The notes beneath the pieces are model-generated. The model worked only from the letters and a program-made list of their open reading frames with translations. It was not told the origin of the DNA and ran no database searches. 64,000 bases of DNA from Malacoraja senta (taxonomy: Eukaryota): contig CM075982.1 in NCBI GenBank assembly GCA_038087875.1, positions 50,592,001 to 50,656,000 on the forward strand, given 5' to 3'. This document shows, piece by piece, positions 25,851 through 39,690 of the stretch. The stretch's first letter is position 1. Each line of letters opens with the position of its first letter. A program made the translations under genes and the position numbers.

Positions 25851-26912
25851 TTGAGGAACTGCAGATGCTGGTTTACAAAAAAAACACAATGTGTTGGATT
25901 TACCAGCAGGTTAGGCAGTATCCCTGGAGAACATGGACACGTGACCTTTCAGTTCAGGACCCTTTGTGTCTTTTCAGCACTTTGTGTCCTTTCAAATAAT
26001 TATTTCTTTCATCATAGTCCGCTTGGCGTAACAGTGCCAGCCCTTGCCTGTGGGTTCCCATTGGCATGTTATGGAAGAGAGCTGCCCACACTAGTTCCAT
26101 GTTGTCCCAGTTTCTCATCCACTCCCTGAACATTAAGGTCAATTTACAGAGGGCCAACTAACCTACAAACCCACACGTCTTCGGGATGTGGGATGAAACA
26201 CCCGGAGCACATCTACACGGTCGTAGGGAAGAACGTGCAAACTCCACACAGACAGTGCCCGAGGTCAGAATCGAATCCTGGGCCTCTGGCGCTGTGAGGC
26301 AGCGGCTCTACCCGCTGTACTACTGTGTTCTTACTGACCTGTCATTTAAGCCATTTACCAACACAGAACTAGTGTGAATGGGTGATCAAAGGTCGGCATG
26401 GAATCGACAGGCGAAAGGCCTGTTTCCATGCAGTATCTCCCTAAACGCTCTCCTGTAATTTTATCATCTCCTCCAGTTGGACATTTGTTGAACATAGAAC
26501 CTCCCACCTCCTTCCCTCAATGGCAAATCCATATTAGCCGAATGGAAAGTCAATAAAGACCGCATTATCTGATTGGCTGATTTTCAGTCAAATAATTTTC
26601 CATATTTATTTGAAATTGTTTAATAATTGATAAACAGAATTGTTCAAATAAATGGTGAGCTGCAGGTTATGTGCCAGGCCTAACTACAGCTTGCTGGGAC
26701 TAAACAGTAAGCAGAGTTGGGGCCAGTTGAGCAAGTCTTATCTTTCTGTAATCTTGCAGTGGAGAGGCTGAGGGAATAGTCACAGATTACACTGACCAGG
26801 GCAAAAAAACAGCAGATTCAATTCTCCGCCCCTTGTCTGCTTGTTTAGGTGAATTACTTTCCCATCCTCTGCCGATGATCCTAATGAGTCTATCGTCAAT
26901 CTAAGTGATTTG

Positions 26913-27105
26913 TGTAGGAGGGAGCTGCAGATGCTGGTTTACACCGAAGATAAACACAAAGTGCTGGAGTAGCTCAGCGGGTCAAGTAGCATTTCTGGAG
27001 AAAAAGAGTAGGTGGCGTTTTGGTTCTGACCCGAAATGTCACCTATTCTTTTTCTGCAGATATGCTGCCTGACTTGCTGAGTTACTCCAGCATTTTGTGT
27101 CTATT
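26913..27105. mobile_element. Short palindromic Penelope-terminus-derived element (representative; similar copies near 10420-10830, 18190-18555, 23040-23240, 40040-40212)
   Basis: Two inverted copies of acacaaagtgctggagtaactcagcgggtcaggcagcatctctggag..., homologous to the terminus of the Penelope remnant at 63690-63815. Confidence 0.75.
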
Positions 27106-27616
27106 TAAATGATTTCTGAATTGTATCATACGTCATTTTTTCTAATGCTAATAATATTTCCTTTCAATTCGAAGTATTCTTCAGTGTCTAAAAAAGACCT
27201 ACTGAAGAATAAAATTGTAATTGCAAAATCAGGGCTTGCTTTGATTGATAGGTTAGGACACGCTTCAGAGAATGCCAACTAAACACACAGTGCTGGAGGA
27301 ACTCAGCGGATCAGGCAGCATCTGTGCAAGGAATGGGTAGGTGACGTTTTGGGGTGGGGACCTTCTGTGCTGGATATGGACTGGCCTTATATGGGATCTG
27401 GAAATGGAGGGCATGCACTGTCAATCTTAAAACCCTCATGGGGTCCGAGTCATTATTTATTGCCTATTTCTCGTGAAGTGTTAGTTCACCGTCTTGTTGA
27501 ACATAGAACAGTACAGCACAAGAAACATAGAAACATAGAAAATAGGTGCAGGAGTAGGCCATTCGGCCCTTCGAGCCTGCACCGCCATTCAATATGATCA
27601 TGGCTGATCATCCAAC

Positions 27617-30600
27617 TCAGTATCCTGTACCTGCTTTCTCTCCATACCCCCTGATCCCTTTAGCCACAAGGGCCACATCTAACTCCCTCTTAAATGTAGC
27701 CAATGAACTGGCCTCAACTACCTTCTGTGGCAGAGAATTCCAGAGATTCACCACTCTCTGTGTGAAAAATGTTTTCCTCATCTCGGTCCTAAAAGAATTC
27801 CCCCTTATCCTAAAACTGTGACCCCTTGTTCTGGACTTCCCCAACATCGGGAACAATCTTCCTGCATCTAGCCTGTCCAACCCCTTAAGAATTTTGTACG
27901 TTTCTATAAGATCCCCCCTCAATCTTCTAAATTCTAGCGAGTACAAACCGAGTCTATCCAGTCTTTCTTCATATGAAAGTCCTGACATCCCAGGAATCAG
28001 TCTGGTGAACCTTCTCTGTACTCCCTCTATGGCAAGAATGTCTTTCCTCAGATTAGGAGACCAAAACTGTACGCAATACTCCAGGTGTGGTCTCACCAAG
28101 ACCCTGTACAACTGCAGTAGAACCTCCCTGCTCCTATACTCAAATCCTTTTGCTATGAATGCTAACATACCATTCGCCTTCTTCACTGCCTGCTGCACCT
28201 GCATGCCTACTTTTAATGACTGGTGTACCATGACACCCAGGTCTCGTTGCATCTCCCCTTTTCCTAATCGGCCACCATTCAGATTATAGTCTACTTTCCT
28301 ATTTTTGCCACCAAAGTGGATAACCTCACATTTATCCACATTATACTGCATCTGCCATGCATTTGCCCAATCACCCAGCCTATCCAAGTCACCTTGCAGC
28401 CTCCGAGCATCCTCCTCACAGCTAACACTGCCCCCCAGCTTTGTGTCATCCGCAAACTTGGAGATGTTGCATTCAATTCCCTCGTCCAAATCATTAATAT
28501 ATATTGTAAATAGCTGGGCTCCCAGCACTGAGCCTTGCGGTACCCCACTAGTCACTGCCTGCCATTGTGAAAAGGACCCGTTTACTCATACACTTTGCTT
28601 CCTGTCTGCCAGCCAGTTCTCTATCCACATCAATACTGAACCCCCAATACCGTGTGCTTTAAGTTTGTATACTAATTTCTTATGTGGGACCTTGTCGAAA
28701 GCCTTCTGAAAGTCCAGATATAACACATCCACTGGTTCTCCCTTATCCACTCTACTAGTTACATCCTCGAAAAATTCTATAAGATTCATCAGACATGATT
28801 TACCTTTCATAAATCCATGCTGACTTTGTCCAATGATTTCACCACTTTCCAAATGTGCTGCTATCCCATCTTTAATAACTGATTCTAGCAGTTTCCCCAC
28901 TACCGACGTTAGACTAACTGGTCTGTAATTCCCCGTTTTCTCTCTCCCTTTTTAAAAAGTGGGGCTACATTAGCTACCCTCCAATCCTCAGGAACTACTC
29001 CAGAATCTAAAGAGTTTTGAAAAATTATCACTAATGCATCCACTATTTCTGGGGCTACTTCCTTAAGTACTCTGGGATGCAGCCTATCTGGCCCTGGGGA
29101 TTTATCGGCCTTTAATCCATTCAATTTACCTAACACCACTTCCCGGCTAACCTGGATTTCATTCAGTTCCTCCATCTCATTTGACCCCCGGTCCCCTGCT
29201 ATTTCCGGCAGATTATTTATGTCTTCCTCAGTGAAGATAGAACCAAAGTAGTTATTCAATTGGTCTGCCATGTCCTTGTTCCCCATGATCAATTCACCTG
29301 TTTCTGACTGCAAGGGACCTACATTTGTTTTAACTAATCTTTTTCTCTTCACATATCTATAAAAGCTTTTGCAGTCAGTTTTTATATTCCCTGCCAGTTT
29401 TCTTTCATAATCTATTTTCCCTTTCCTAATTACGTCCTTTGTCCTCCTCTGCTGGACTGAATTTCTCCCAGTCCTCTGGTAGGCTGCTTTTTCTGGCTAA
29501 TTTGTATGCTTCATCTTTTGTTTTGATACTATCCCTGATTTCCATTGTTATCCATGGATGCACTACCTTCCCCGATTTATTTTTTGCCAAACTGGGATGA
29601 TCAATTGTTGTAGTTCATCCATGCAGTCTTTAAATGCCTTCCATTGCATATCTACCGTCAACCCATTAAGAATCAATTGCCAGTCTATCTTGGCCAATTC
29701 ACTTCTCATACCCTCAAAGTTACCTTTCTTTAAGTTCAGGACCCTTGTTTCTGAATTAACAATGTCACTCTCCATCCTAATGAAGAACTCAACCATATTA
29801 TGGTCACTCTTGCCCAAGGGGCCACGCACAACAAGACTGCTAACTAACCCTTCCTCATTACTCAATACCCAATCTAGAATAGCCTGCTCTCTCGTTGGTT
29901 CCTCTACATGTTGGTTTAGAAAACTATCCCGCATACATTCCAAGAAATCCTCTTCCTCAGCACCCTTGCCAATTTGATTCACCCAATCTATATGTAGATT
30001 GAAGTCACCCATTATAACTGTTTTACCTTTGTTGCACGCATTTCTAATTTTCTGTTTGATGCCATCCCCAACTCCACTACTACTGTTAGGTGGCCTGTAC
30101 ACAACTCCCACTTGTGTTTTCTGCCCCTTAGTGTTTCGCAGCTCTACCCATATCGATTCCACATTCTCCAAGCTAATGTCCTTCCTTTCTATTGCGTTAA
30201 TCTGCTCTCTAACCAGCAACGCTACCCCACCTCCTTTCCCTTTCTGTCTATCCCTCCTGAATATTGAATATCCCTGGATGTTCAGCTCCCATCCTTGGTT
30301 ACCCTGGAGCCATGTCTCCGTGATCCCAACTATATCATAGTCATTAATAGCTATCTGCACATTCAACTCATCCACCTTATCACGGATGCTGCTTGCATTG
30401 AGACACAAAGCCTTCAGGCTTGTTTTTACAACACTCTTACCCCTTATACAATTATGTTGAAAAGTGGCCCTTTTTGATTTTTGCCCTGGATTTGTCTGCC
30501 TGCCACTTTTACTTTTCACCTTGCTACCTATTGCTTCTACCCTCATTTTACACCCCTCTGTCTCTACGCTCACACATTTAAGAAACCCTTTCCCTTTAAC

Positions 30601-30702
30601 TCCATCCTCAACTATCCCATTCAACACCCCACCCCCCTTAGTCAGTTTAAAACCACCCGTGTAGCAGTGGCAAACCTGCCTGCCAGAATGCTGGTCCCCC
30701 AC
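27617..30702 (-). pseudogene. CR1 ORF2 endonuclease/reverse transcriptase, broken into 4 ORF pieces
   Basis: ORFs 29563-30702 (GITETWL, MGDFN, SDH), 28909-29352, 28586-28900 (YLDFQKAFDKV) and 27617-28555 (FADD). Confidence 0.93.
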
Positions 30703-31552
30703 CTGTTAAGATGCAATCCGTCTCTTTTGTACAGTTCCCCTTTACTCCAAAACAGATCCCAGTGATCTAAGAATCTAAATCGTGCACCTGTTCCTCAGCC
30801 ACACATTCAGGTCCCATATCTCCCTGTTCCTGCTCTCGCCAGCACGAGGAACTGGAAGCAAACCGGAGATAACAACCCTGGAGGTCCTGCTTTTCAGCAT
30901 TTTTCCGAGCTCTCTAAAGTCATGCTGCAGAATATTCATCCCCTTCTTTTCGACATCGTTTGTGCCGACATGCACTACCACTTCCGGCTGTTCACCTTCG
31001 CCCTTGAGGATTTTCTGTACTCTGTCTGTGACATCCTGGATCCTGGCACCAGGAAGGCAGCACACCATCCTCGAATCCCGTCTGTTGCCGCAGAAACCCC
31101 TGTCCGTACCTCTCACAATGGAGTCTCCCACTTCAATGGCGTTGCCTGACTTTGGCCTTTTTGGTTTTGGCTCAACAGCCCTATTCGCATCGCAAGCCAG
31201 TCTGCCGCTCAGTGTTAAAACGTCTTCTGTCCTGACAGCTTCTAAGTGGGTGAACCTGTTCACAAGAGGTACAACACCCGGGGACATTTGCATTCCATGC
31301 TTCCCTTCCTTTCTCACACCTTCTCTCTTCCAGTACCTTAGGTGTAACAATCTTACAGTAGGACTTGTCGAGGAACGACTCCATTTCTCGGACAAACCTG
31401 AGGTCATCCACTTGCTTCTCCAGTTCCCCAACACGGTCCTTCAGGAGCTGTACCTGGATGCACTTGTCACATTTGTAGCAGCCAGAGGCACCAGCAGTAT
31501 CCTTGACCTCCCACATATTGCAAGCATCACACTGAATCAGCTTGCCTGACAT
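30642..31552 (-). pseudogene. CR1 ORF1: Cys-rich zinc-finger-like N-terminus, coiled coil, SGNH esterase (2 frameshifts)
   Basis: MSGKLIQCDAC...CDKC; esterase blocks GDS, PGA, GTND; DGLH read in a shifted frame (FRFLDHWDLFW...DGLHLN...VVLN*). Confidence 0.88.
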
Positions 31553-32849
31553 CTCCTTCTTTCGTCTCTCCCTCTGCAGTGTTTTGCGTAGCCTCCTCGC
31601 CGAAGACTTACACTTTTCTCACAGGGCACTTCCCTCACTGCCGCTCCCTAAGAGCAGTCTTGCTTATATTGACTGATAAATTGCCTAATTTACCAATTCA
31701 CAATCCAAATTCCTCAGTTTTCAACTGTTTTCCCCCCTCTGACTCACTTCTCTCCCCCCTCTTGGGCTAGAGCCAATCAGTGTTTTCTCTTGCTAATCTT
31801 CTCCTGCTGTTGCTTCCAAATCTACAGCAGCTCTGAGTAAAGTCTGCCTTCGGTCCACAATGCCTATGCCGAACATGATGTCAAGACCCACTCTTACCTG
31901 CCTGCACATGATCCATATCCCTCCATTCTCAGCATATCCATGTGCCTATCCCAAAGCATTTTAAACACCACTACCGTATCTGTCTCCACCATCACCCCCA
32001 GCAGTGCATTCCAGGCACTACCACCCTCTGTGCAAAAAAAAGTTTGCCCCCGCACATCTCCTTTAAACTTTGCCCCTCTCATATGCTACAATTTGTTGTA
32101 GTGGAACAATAGTGGCGCAATTTGGCACAATAGTGGCATTTAAGACGCTTTTAGATTGGCACCAGGGGAAAAAACAGTTCTGCTGCCGTTCTGTTCTTTG
32201 TTCTATAGAAAAGAACGAGGCACTTTGGAGAAGACGTCGGGATAATATATGTTTATATATTCTCAGTAAAACACAAAGTGCTGAGGAAGTCAGCGGGTCA
32301 GGCAGCATCTGTTGAGGGAATGGGCAGATGACGTTTTGGGTCGGGTCCCTTCAGACTGATTGTAGTGCGTAGGGAGAAAGCTGGAAGAGAGGTGGGGGTG
32401 GGATTTCTCTCAGCGTGACCTGGTGCCTGCAGGGTGCCAAAGGTTATTTGTGGTTCACTACTTTAAAAAATGGTTTATTTATTCATGATCTACAAAGTAT
32501 TCATGAGCAACATATGGGAGATCATTATGAGTTGTACAGTACTCCAATAAAAAAAATTGCTATTAAGAGTGATTACAAATAAGTTTTTATTTCCATCTAC
32601 CTGACCTTTCGTAAGCCCAAGGAAAGATTTACATTTCTATAATGCTTTCAGACTTTGTAAAGCATGCCACACTGAATGGTAGAAAGATTTGATTTTAGTT
32701 TAAAGACACAGCATGGACAACATTTGGTCTGTGAAGTGCCCCATAAAAGGTTACCACATTAGATAAGCACCTGTGAACTTGGGCGTAATAGGTTAAGTCC
32801 AGAGGGTCAGATATGAGGCTTTATGTGTGGGCCAGATATATTGTCAGTG

Positions 32850-33092
32850 CAGAGGGGCTAGGAGCAAGGCCAAGTATGCATCCAGAGTCAAGGTCTGGAA
32901 TAGTACTAGGTGTGCAGTCAAAGCTGGGACAATGGGAGTGTTCAGCACTGTGAACCTAAGCAGGTAAGCAGCTATGATCAGGGTAGAATAGGGGGCCAGG
33001 TGTAAGGCTGGACTCAGGGTCAGGAATGAGAGAAGGTATGCAACTGGAGTCAGGGTCAGGAGTAGTACCAGGTGTGCAGTGAGACCCAGGTT
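32850..33092. repeat. Old degenerate ~36-bp minisatellite
   Basis: Recurrent agggtcagga...aggtgtgca units. Confidence 0.6.
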
Positions 33093-34649
33093 GGTCAACA
33101 TGGGCCAAGTGTTTGATTATAATCTGATTTCCATACATGAATCAGGGGGTATGGAGAGAAGGCAGGTACGGGATACTGAGTTGGATGATCAGCCATGATC
33201 ATATTGAATGGCGGTGCAGGCTCAAAGGGCCGAATGGCCTACTCCTGCACCTATTTTCTATGTATCTATGTATCTATGAATATACGAAGGTCATTCATGT
33301 GCTGCACCTGTTGATCAGAGCCTGGCTCTACTGTGGAATGTAATTAGGAATGTAATTTAGCCTAACCTTATTCATAGCTAATCCAATTTAAAGCATAAAT
33401 ATTGCATTCAAGTGTAGGTTAAAAGACTTGCACCAGATTGCACAAATTCAAGCTGAAAAATGCAAAAGCTCTGTACCAATGGGAGGGGGGACACTACACT
33501 CCCTCGGGCTTGGTCTCTTGCAATTTCTCATTCCCAACTCTCACCCAATGTTGGCAGCCCTGCTGTAAGGCAGCAACTCTACCACTGTGATAAAGTCCCA
33601 CATGGTAGGCCTGAGCCAAAATATCGTGTGTGTCTCCACGGATATTGCCTGCTTGCCAGGTTCCTCCAACACTTATGTCTTTTACAGTTGTTTAAAACTT
33701 TGGTTTGGCCAATTTGGAGTATTGCATGTGGTTATGGTCAGATTACAACAAGATTGTGCATGTTTTGGAGAGAGTGCAGAGCAGACTCACCAGGTTGCTG
33801 CCTTGATTATAGGCTATTATCTATAATTAGTGGTCAGACAAACTTGGATTGTTTCCTCTGGCGCATCAGAGACTGAGGAGACGCCAGAAACAAGGGTATA
33901 AAAGTATGACAGGCATGGAAAGGGTAGTCAGAACCTTTTCCCCCTCAGCGTAGAAAACAAATACTAGAGGGTGTAGGTTCAAGGTAAGAGGGGTACAGTT
34001 TAAGGATCTGTGCAAGATTTTAAAATACATATACACTATAGGTGCCTGGAACATACCATCAGGGGAGGTGACAAAAGCAGATATGATGACAATGTTTAAA
34101 AGATATTTGGACAGACAGGAACAGAAAAGGATGTGGGGTAAATACCATGTGCAGGCAGATGGGATTAGTTTGGCAACATGATCAGCACCAATATAATGGG
34201 CCTAATCGCCTGTTCCTGTGCTGTACAATTCTGTATTCTATGACAGGAATAGAAGCTAACTTGATAGGCAAATTAATTCATCCATGGGTCTCTAAGCTTT
34301 CATTGCACGATACATTCCAGATGTCTCATTGAAGTCATGTAAACATAGTAATAGAGTGGAAACGGGCCCTTTGGTTAAATTTGCCTACGCTGACCAAATT
34401 GTCCCATTGACACTAGTCCCACCTACCTGCATTTGGCACATATCCCTCTAAACCTGTCCTATCCATGTACCTGTCTAAATGTTTTTTAATCATTGTGATA
34501 GGACTTGCCTCAACTACCCCTCCGGCAGCTCATTTTATACACCAACCACTGTGTGAAAAAGTTATCCCTCAGGTTCCTATCAAATCTTCCCCCCCCTCAC
34601 CATAAACCTATGTCCTCTGGTGCTCAATTCCCCCACTCTGGGCAAGAGA

Positions 34650-35852
34650 CATAGAAAATAGGTGCAGGAGTAGGCCATTCGGCCCTTCGAGCCTGCACCA
34701 CCATTCAATATGTACATGGCTGATCATCCAACTCAGTATCCTGTACCTGCTTTCTCTCCATACCCCCTGATCCCTTTAGCCACAAGGGCCACATCTAACT
34801 CCCTCTTAAATATAGCCAATGAACTGGTCTCAACTACATTCTGTGGCACAAAATTCCAGAGATTCACCACTCTCTGTGTAAAAAATGTTTTTCTCATCTC
34901 AGTCCTAAAAGATTTCCCCTTTATCCTTAAACTGTGACCCCTTGTTCTGGACTTCCCCAACATAGGGAACAATCTTCCTGCATTTAGCCTGTCCAACCCC
35001 TTAAGAATTTTGTAAGTTTCTATAAGATCCCCCCTCAATCTTCTAAATTCTAGCGAGTACAAGCCGAGTCTATCCAGTCTTTCTTCATATGAAAGTCCTG
35101 ACATCCCAGGAATCAGTCTGGTGAACCTTCTCTGTACTCCCTCTATGGCAAGCATGTCCTTCCTCAGATTAGGAGACCAAAACTGTACGCAATACTCCAG
35201 GTGTGGTCTCACCAAGACCCTGTACAACTGCAGTAGAACCTCCCTGTTCCTATACTCAAATCCTTTTGCTATGAATGCTAACATACCATTCGCTTTCTTC
35301 ACTGCCTGCTGCACCTGCATGCGTACTTTCAATGACTGGTGTACCATGACACCCAGGTCTCGTTGCATCTCCCCTTTTCCTAATCGGCCACCATTCAGGT
35401 AATAGTCTACTTTCCTGTTTTTGCCACCAAAGTGGATAACCTCACATTTATCCACATTATACTGCATCTGCCATGCATTTGCCCACTCACCCAGCCTATC
35501 CAAGTCATCTTGCAGCCTCCTAGCATCCTCCTCACAGCTAACACTGCCCCCCAGCTTCGTGTCATCCGCAAACTTGGAGATGTTGCATTCAATTCCCTCG
35601 TCCAAATCATTAATATATATTGTAAATAGCTGGGGTCCCAGCACTGAGCCTTGCGGAACCCCACTAGTCACTGCCTGACATTCTGAAAAGGACCCATTTA
35701 CTCCTACTCTTTGCTTCCTGTCTGCCAGCCAGTTCTCTATCCACATCAATACTGAACCCCCAATACCGTGTGCTTTAAGTTTGTATATTAATCTCGTATG
35801 TGGGACCTTGTCGAAAGCCTTCTGAAAGTCCAGATATAACACATCCACTGGT
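34650..35852 (-). mobile_element. 5'-truncated young CR1 LINE, same subfamily as 27520-31846
   Basis: Uninterrupted RT C-terminal frame (34733-35850) nearly identical to the long copy; same 3'UTR and tail. Confidence 0.95.
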
Positions 35853-36459
35853 GCCTGGGGACACTGTGCATCTACCCGATCTATTCCTCTCATGACTTTG
35901 TACATATATACCATATAGTTTGAGGGGTCCCAATCCAAGTTGCATCCACAGGTATAGGGTGAAAGGATAGAGATCGAAGGAGGAGGCTAGTACTATCAGT
36001 TTCATTCAATACATGTTCCCCAGCACTTCTGGATAACACAACTCAAAAGAAAGCATGGCACACCATGGCACACCAGAAGTCCACTCAATTTATTTTCAAA
36101 TGCCTTGCACCGTTCTCCAAGGAAGTTCCTCTTAACTTGCATTACATAACCTTTGGGAATAAGGCAGCAGCTCTTTTATAACAATTGCACTTGCAGTTTG
36201 TCGTCCGAACAAAGAAAAATAGTTGCACAGCACCCAAAGTCATTTGGTGTTACTTCCAAGAGCTCAATATAAAAGAACTTAAAATGCATCCCTTCTATGT
36301 GTTTACATTAAAGTGGATGGTGACATATCTACAATGTCAACTCTCAAGGTCTTGACTTTCTCAATTCCAGAGGCACTTTGGGAGTTATCCGATGGTTTAC
36401 TGTAAGGTGCCTTGTACATCACCAACACATAGCTCAGTCTACTCAGACATGCATCAGGT

Positions 36460-36515
36460 AAATAGACACAAATATAGTAAATAGACACAAATATAGTAAA
36501 TAGACATAAATATAG
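36460..36515. repeat. 19-bp tandem repeat x3 (AAATAGACACAAATATAGT)
   Basis: Direct reading. Confidence 0.9.
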
Positions 36516-38719
36516 AAAACATAAGTTGTGCATATTCTTAATGAAGGTTGCCTAGTTATCATTATCTTTATTGCCTTAGATATTAAGAGGAAGAATGCCC
36601 AAATGAAGAAAATGGTGGCAATAGCCAGAATTATTTTATTTCCCCCCAGAACTAGCTTATTTCTCCATCTCTCAACTTCCAAGAGAGATGTTCATTTACA
36701 CTACATAAGAAAACATTTCAAAGAACTTGTGTTTATGGTTTTTTCACGGGTTTGGATTCAAATATTGGTTTAATTGGGGAGGTGACATATCAAATAGGCA
36801 TTGTGCCAATGATATTGCCCATGGGAAATGCAATTCACATTCAAGGAACATGAATGGATCTTTCATTCTCCTCGTCCTCCTTTCCACCACAACTGGAGAC
36901 GCAAGGAACTTCAGAGGCTGTAATCTTGAAAAAAAAAAAGTGTTGGAGGAACTCAGCGGGTCTGGCAGCATCTGGGGGGGGAATGGACAGGTGGCATTTC
37001 GGGCCGGGATCTTTCTTTAGATATACAGCACGGAAACGGGCCCTACGGCCCACCAAGTCCATGTCAACCATCGATCGCCCGCTCACATGAGTTTGATGTT
37101 ATCCCACTTTCTCATCCACTCTTTATACACATTAAGGGCAATTTACACAGGACCAATGAACCTACAAACCACACGTCTTTGGGAGGAACTCAGAGCAACC
37201 CATGAAGTCACAAGGAGAACTTGCAAACTCCACGCAGGCAGCACCCCAGGTCAGGATCGAACACAGGTCTCTGGCGTTGTGAGGCAATATCTCTATCAGC
37301 TGCACCACTGTGCCACTGCCCTTTTTCAGACTGAAGTATCCCGATCCAAAACATCTCTTGTCCATTCCCTTGCCAGATGCTGACTGACTTGCTGAGTTCC
37401 TTCAGCATTTTGACATTCAAGAATCTGTTGGTAAGCTGCAATGTTTCAGTATATTGTGACAGCAATTATAGAGCATTGAAGCCAATCCCCACTTCACTTT
37501 GCAAATCTGAAAATTGTCATTACTCAGCTCTGCTCCAGATAAACCACCTTCTGAAAAAATGATTTCAGGTTTGGTCAGTGAGTCTGTGGTGTCTGAATTT
37601 GCAAGGTATTTAACAAAAGTGGCAAATGTTTTCTGTGCACTTCATTTACACACGATCCTTCATAAACCGCAACCGCATTCATCATCCTCTGCAAAATAAA
37701 GCCAAACTCCATCCTCCAAATGGGAACGTTGTAGGGTGAAAATGCAGTAAGCAAGGACAAATTTATTAGGACATGAAAATAATCCACAAAGGCAGAATCA
37801 TTGTTGAGATCATGTTGCACAAATCCCAATTTTGTTTAAATGAAGATTTTTACTAAGCCATCCCACCAATATTTACGTAACATTCTCTCCAAACATTATT
37901 AAAAACCTTCCTTCCAACAGTTAGAAATCCACTGGATTTAATAAAGGGGAAGAAAATGTGTTCACATTTTCACAGACCTGTACAGCCACATTGAGAAGGA
38001 AGATGCAAGCAGTTATGTATGGCAAGGGTTTTATAATGTAACACTGGTTTTTAACCCTTCGTCAGGGTCTCAAGAAGGGATTAGACCTGAAATGTCACCT
38101 ATTCCTTTTCTCCAGAGATGCTGCCTGTCCCGTTGAGTTACTCCAACTTTGTGTCTATTACTGGTTTCGGAGACCTGTTTACCTATACTTAGTGAAATGT
38201 GAAAAAAAATTAAAAATGCAGGAAACACTTAGCAGCTCATACATCAAATCTGCAGAGTAAAAATGCTGATGTTTCTACTCAAAGAATGTGAGTAAAAGCC
38301 TAGACCACTGTCTTTCCCTCCACAGATGCTACCTGACCCACTGAGTACTTCAGCACGGTTTTCATTTTAAATTTCTAGCAATCTGCAATCTTTTTTCCTT
38401 TTTACTGGACGGAACATATTGAAGAGCGGTGAGACATCAGGAAGTGCAGATGCTGGTCTACAAAGTAGACAAAGTGATGGAGTAACTCAATGGGTCAGGT
38501 AGCATCTCTAGAGGATAGGGATAGGCAACATTCCAGGACAGAACCCTTCTTCAGACTGATTGTAGCAAGGGGGAAGACAGCTGGAAGAGAATTTGGCTTC
38601 ACTTGACCATGTTCTCCAGAGATGCTGCTAAACTCACAGCGTTGAAGAGCATAGAGGCATGAACACAACACTGTTAAAGAGTTTTTAAGTGGAGGGCAAA
38701 CAGCACCAGAAGCCAAGGA

Positions 38720-39514
38720 GCATGGCTGTGGGAATGACTACTTTTATTACATCTTACTTGCACGTTTTCACCCATTGGTGCAGAACCATGAGGTAAATTC
38801 AGCTCGCATGCCCTGTAGTACTTTTTTGTTAAATACCCTTCCCCAACCCGATCATTGGCTGAATATGGATAAACCTTCAGAACTGCTGTTAAATCAGCAT
38901 CAATTAGGTTCCACAACGCAGACCTCACCCTGGTATTTGAAAGGTTTGATTTCAATAAGATGCCGTAGTAAAACAAAAGTCAACAGTTTTAAATAATTTG
39001 CAGGGAATTTGTTTAATAAATTTCCAAAACTCATTGAGCACAATTTGGTCAACACCCCTTCCTCACACAAGCCCACCCCATCCCACCCACCACTCCTCTG
39101 TTTAAAAAAGTACAGCAGCCAGATACTGTGATAACTACCAGGGTGAGGTATATTCAACAATGAGGAACTATATACTCTTAAAATATTCGACAGTGGATCA
39201 TTTCCGGACTTCAAGAAATGACGCTGAACTCCCCAGCAGCCTGGTGATCTCTCATGTAAACAGCAACCACATCTGTCGATGACACTGGTGACTGGACAGC
39301 TTATAAACAGAGCAGTGCAACAGGGAATGTCACAATGAACTCTGGGGCTTGGGACATCTCCATAGACTATTGCTCGCCATTCTCGCTTTCCTCCGCAGAG
39401 CTGTCGGCAACTCTTAAATTTTTTTGATGCACTTAAAACCCACCCCTTGTTTGGTTGAACAGTTCTATCACATCGATCCTCAGTTCCAATTCTCTCCAGT
39501 GGCCATGGTTTAGG
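38720..39514 (-). other. EIF2S2: Putative EIF2S2 3'UTR
   Basis: Repeat-free sequence after the stop; minus-strand ATTAAA at 39012-39017 and AATAAA at 38743-38748. The true end is uncertain and could lie further downstream. Confidence 0.5.
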
Positions 39515-39690
39515 CTAATGCGCTTTGGCACGGAGCTGAGCACGTTTCCCAGTGACGGCCTGGAAACCGGTCTTGATGCTGGCCACGGAACAGCGTGAGT
39601 GACAGGTCTCGCACTGCAAGAAATACAGACGTGTGTCCTTCTGCAGGATGGTATCTGGCGACCGGCAGGTGTGACAGGTAACGTACTCCT
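39515..39690 (-). CDS. EIF2S2: EIF2S2 last coding exon (C2-C2 zinc ribbon), ends TAG
   Basis: (K)[57 protein letters not shown]. Confidence 0.97.

Larger units (their letters stand above)
27520..31846 (-). mobile_element. Near full-length CR1-clade LINE (~4.3 kb), mildly disabled
   Basis: 5'UTR, ORF1, ORF2 (APE endonuclease + RT with GVPQGSVLG and FADD), 3'UTR and (TTCTATGT)n tail. A few frameshifts and one premature stop. Confidence 0.95.

Noticed and set aside
30782-31549. 255-aa plus-strand ORF
   Set aside because: Antisense shadow of CR1 ORF1.
31585-31650. Second HDV-like ribozyme (GCCTCCTCGC motif) in the CR1 5'UTR region
   Set aside because: The L3-like motif is present, but P3' and P1/P2 partners cannot be formed.
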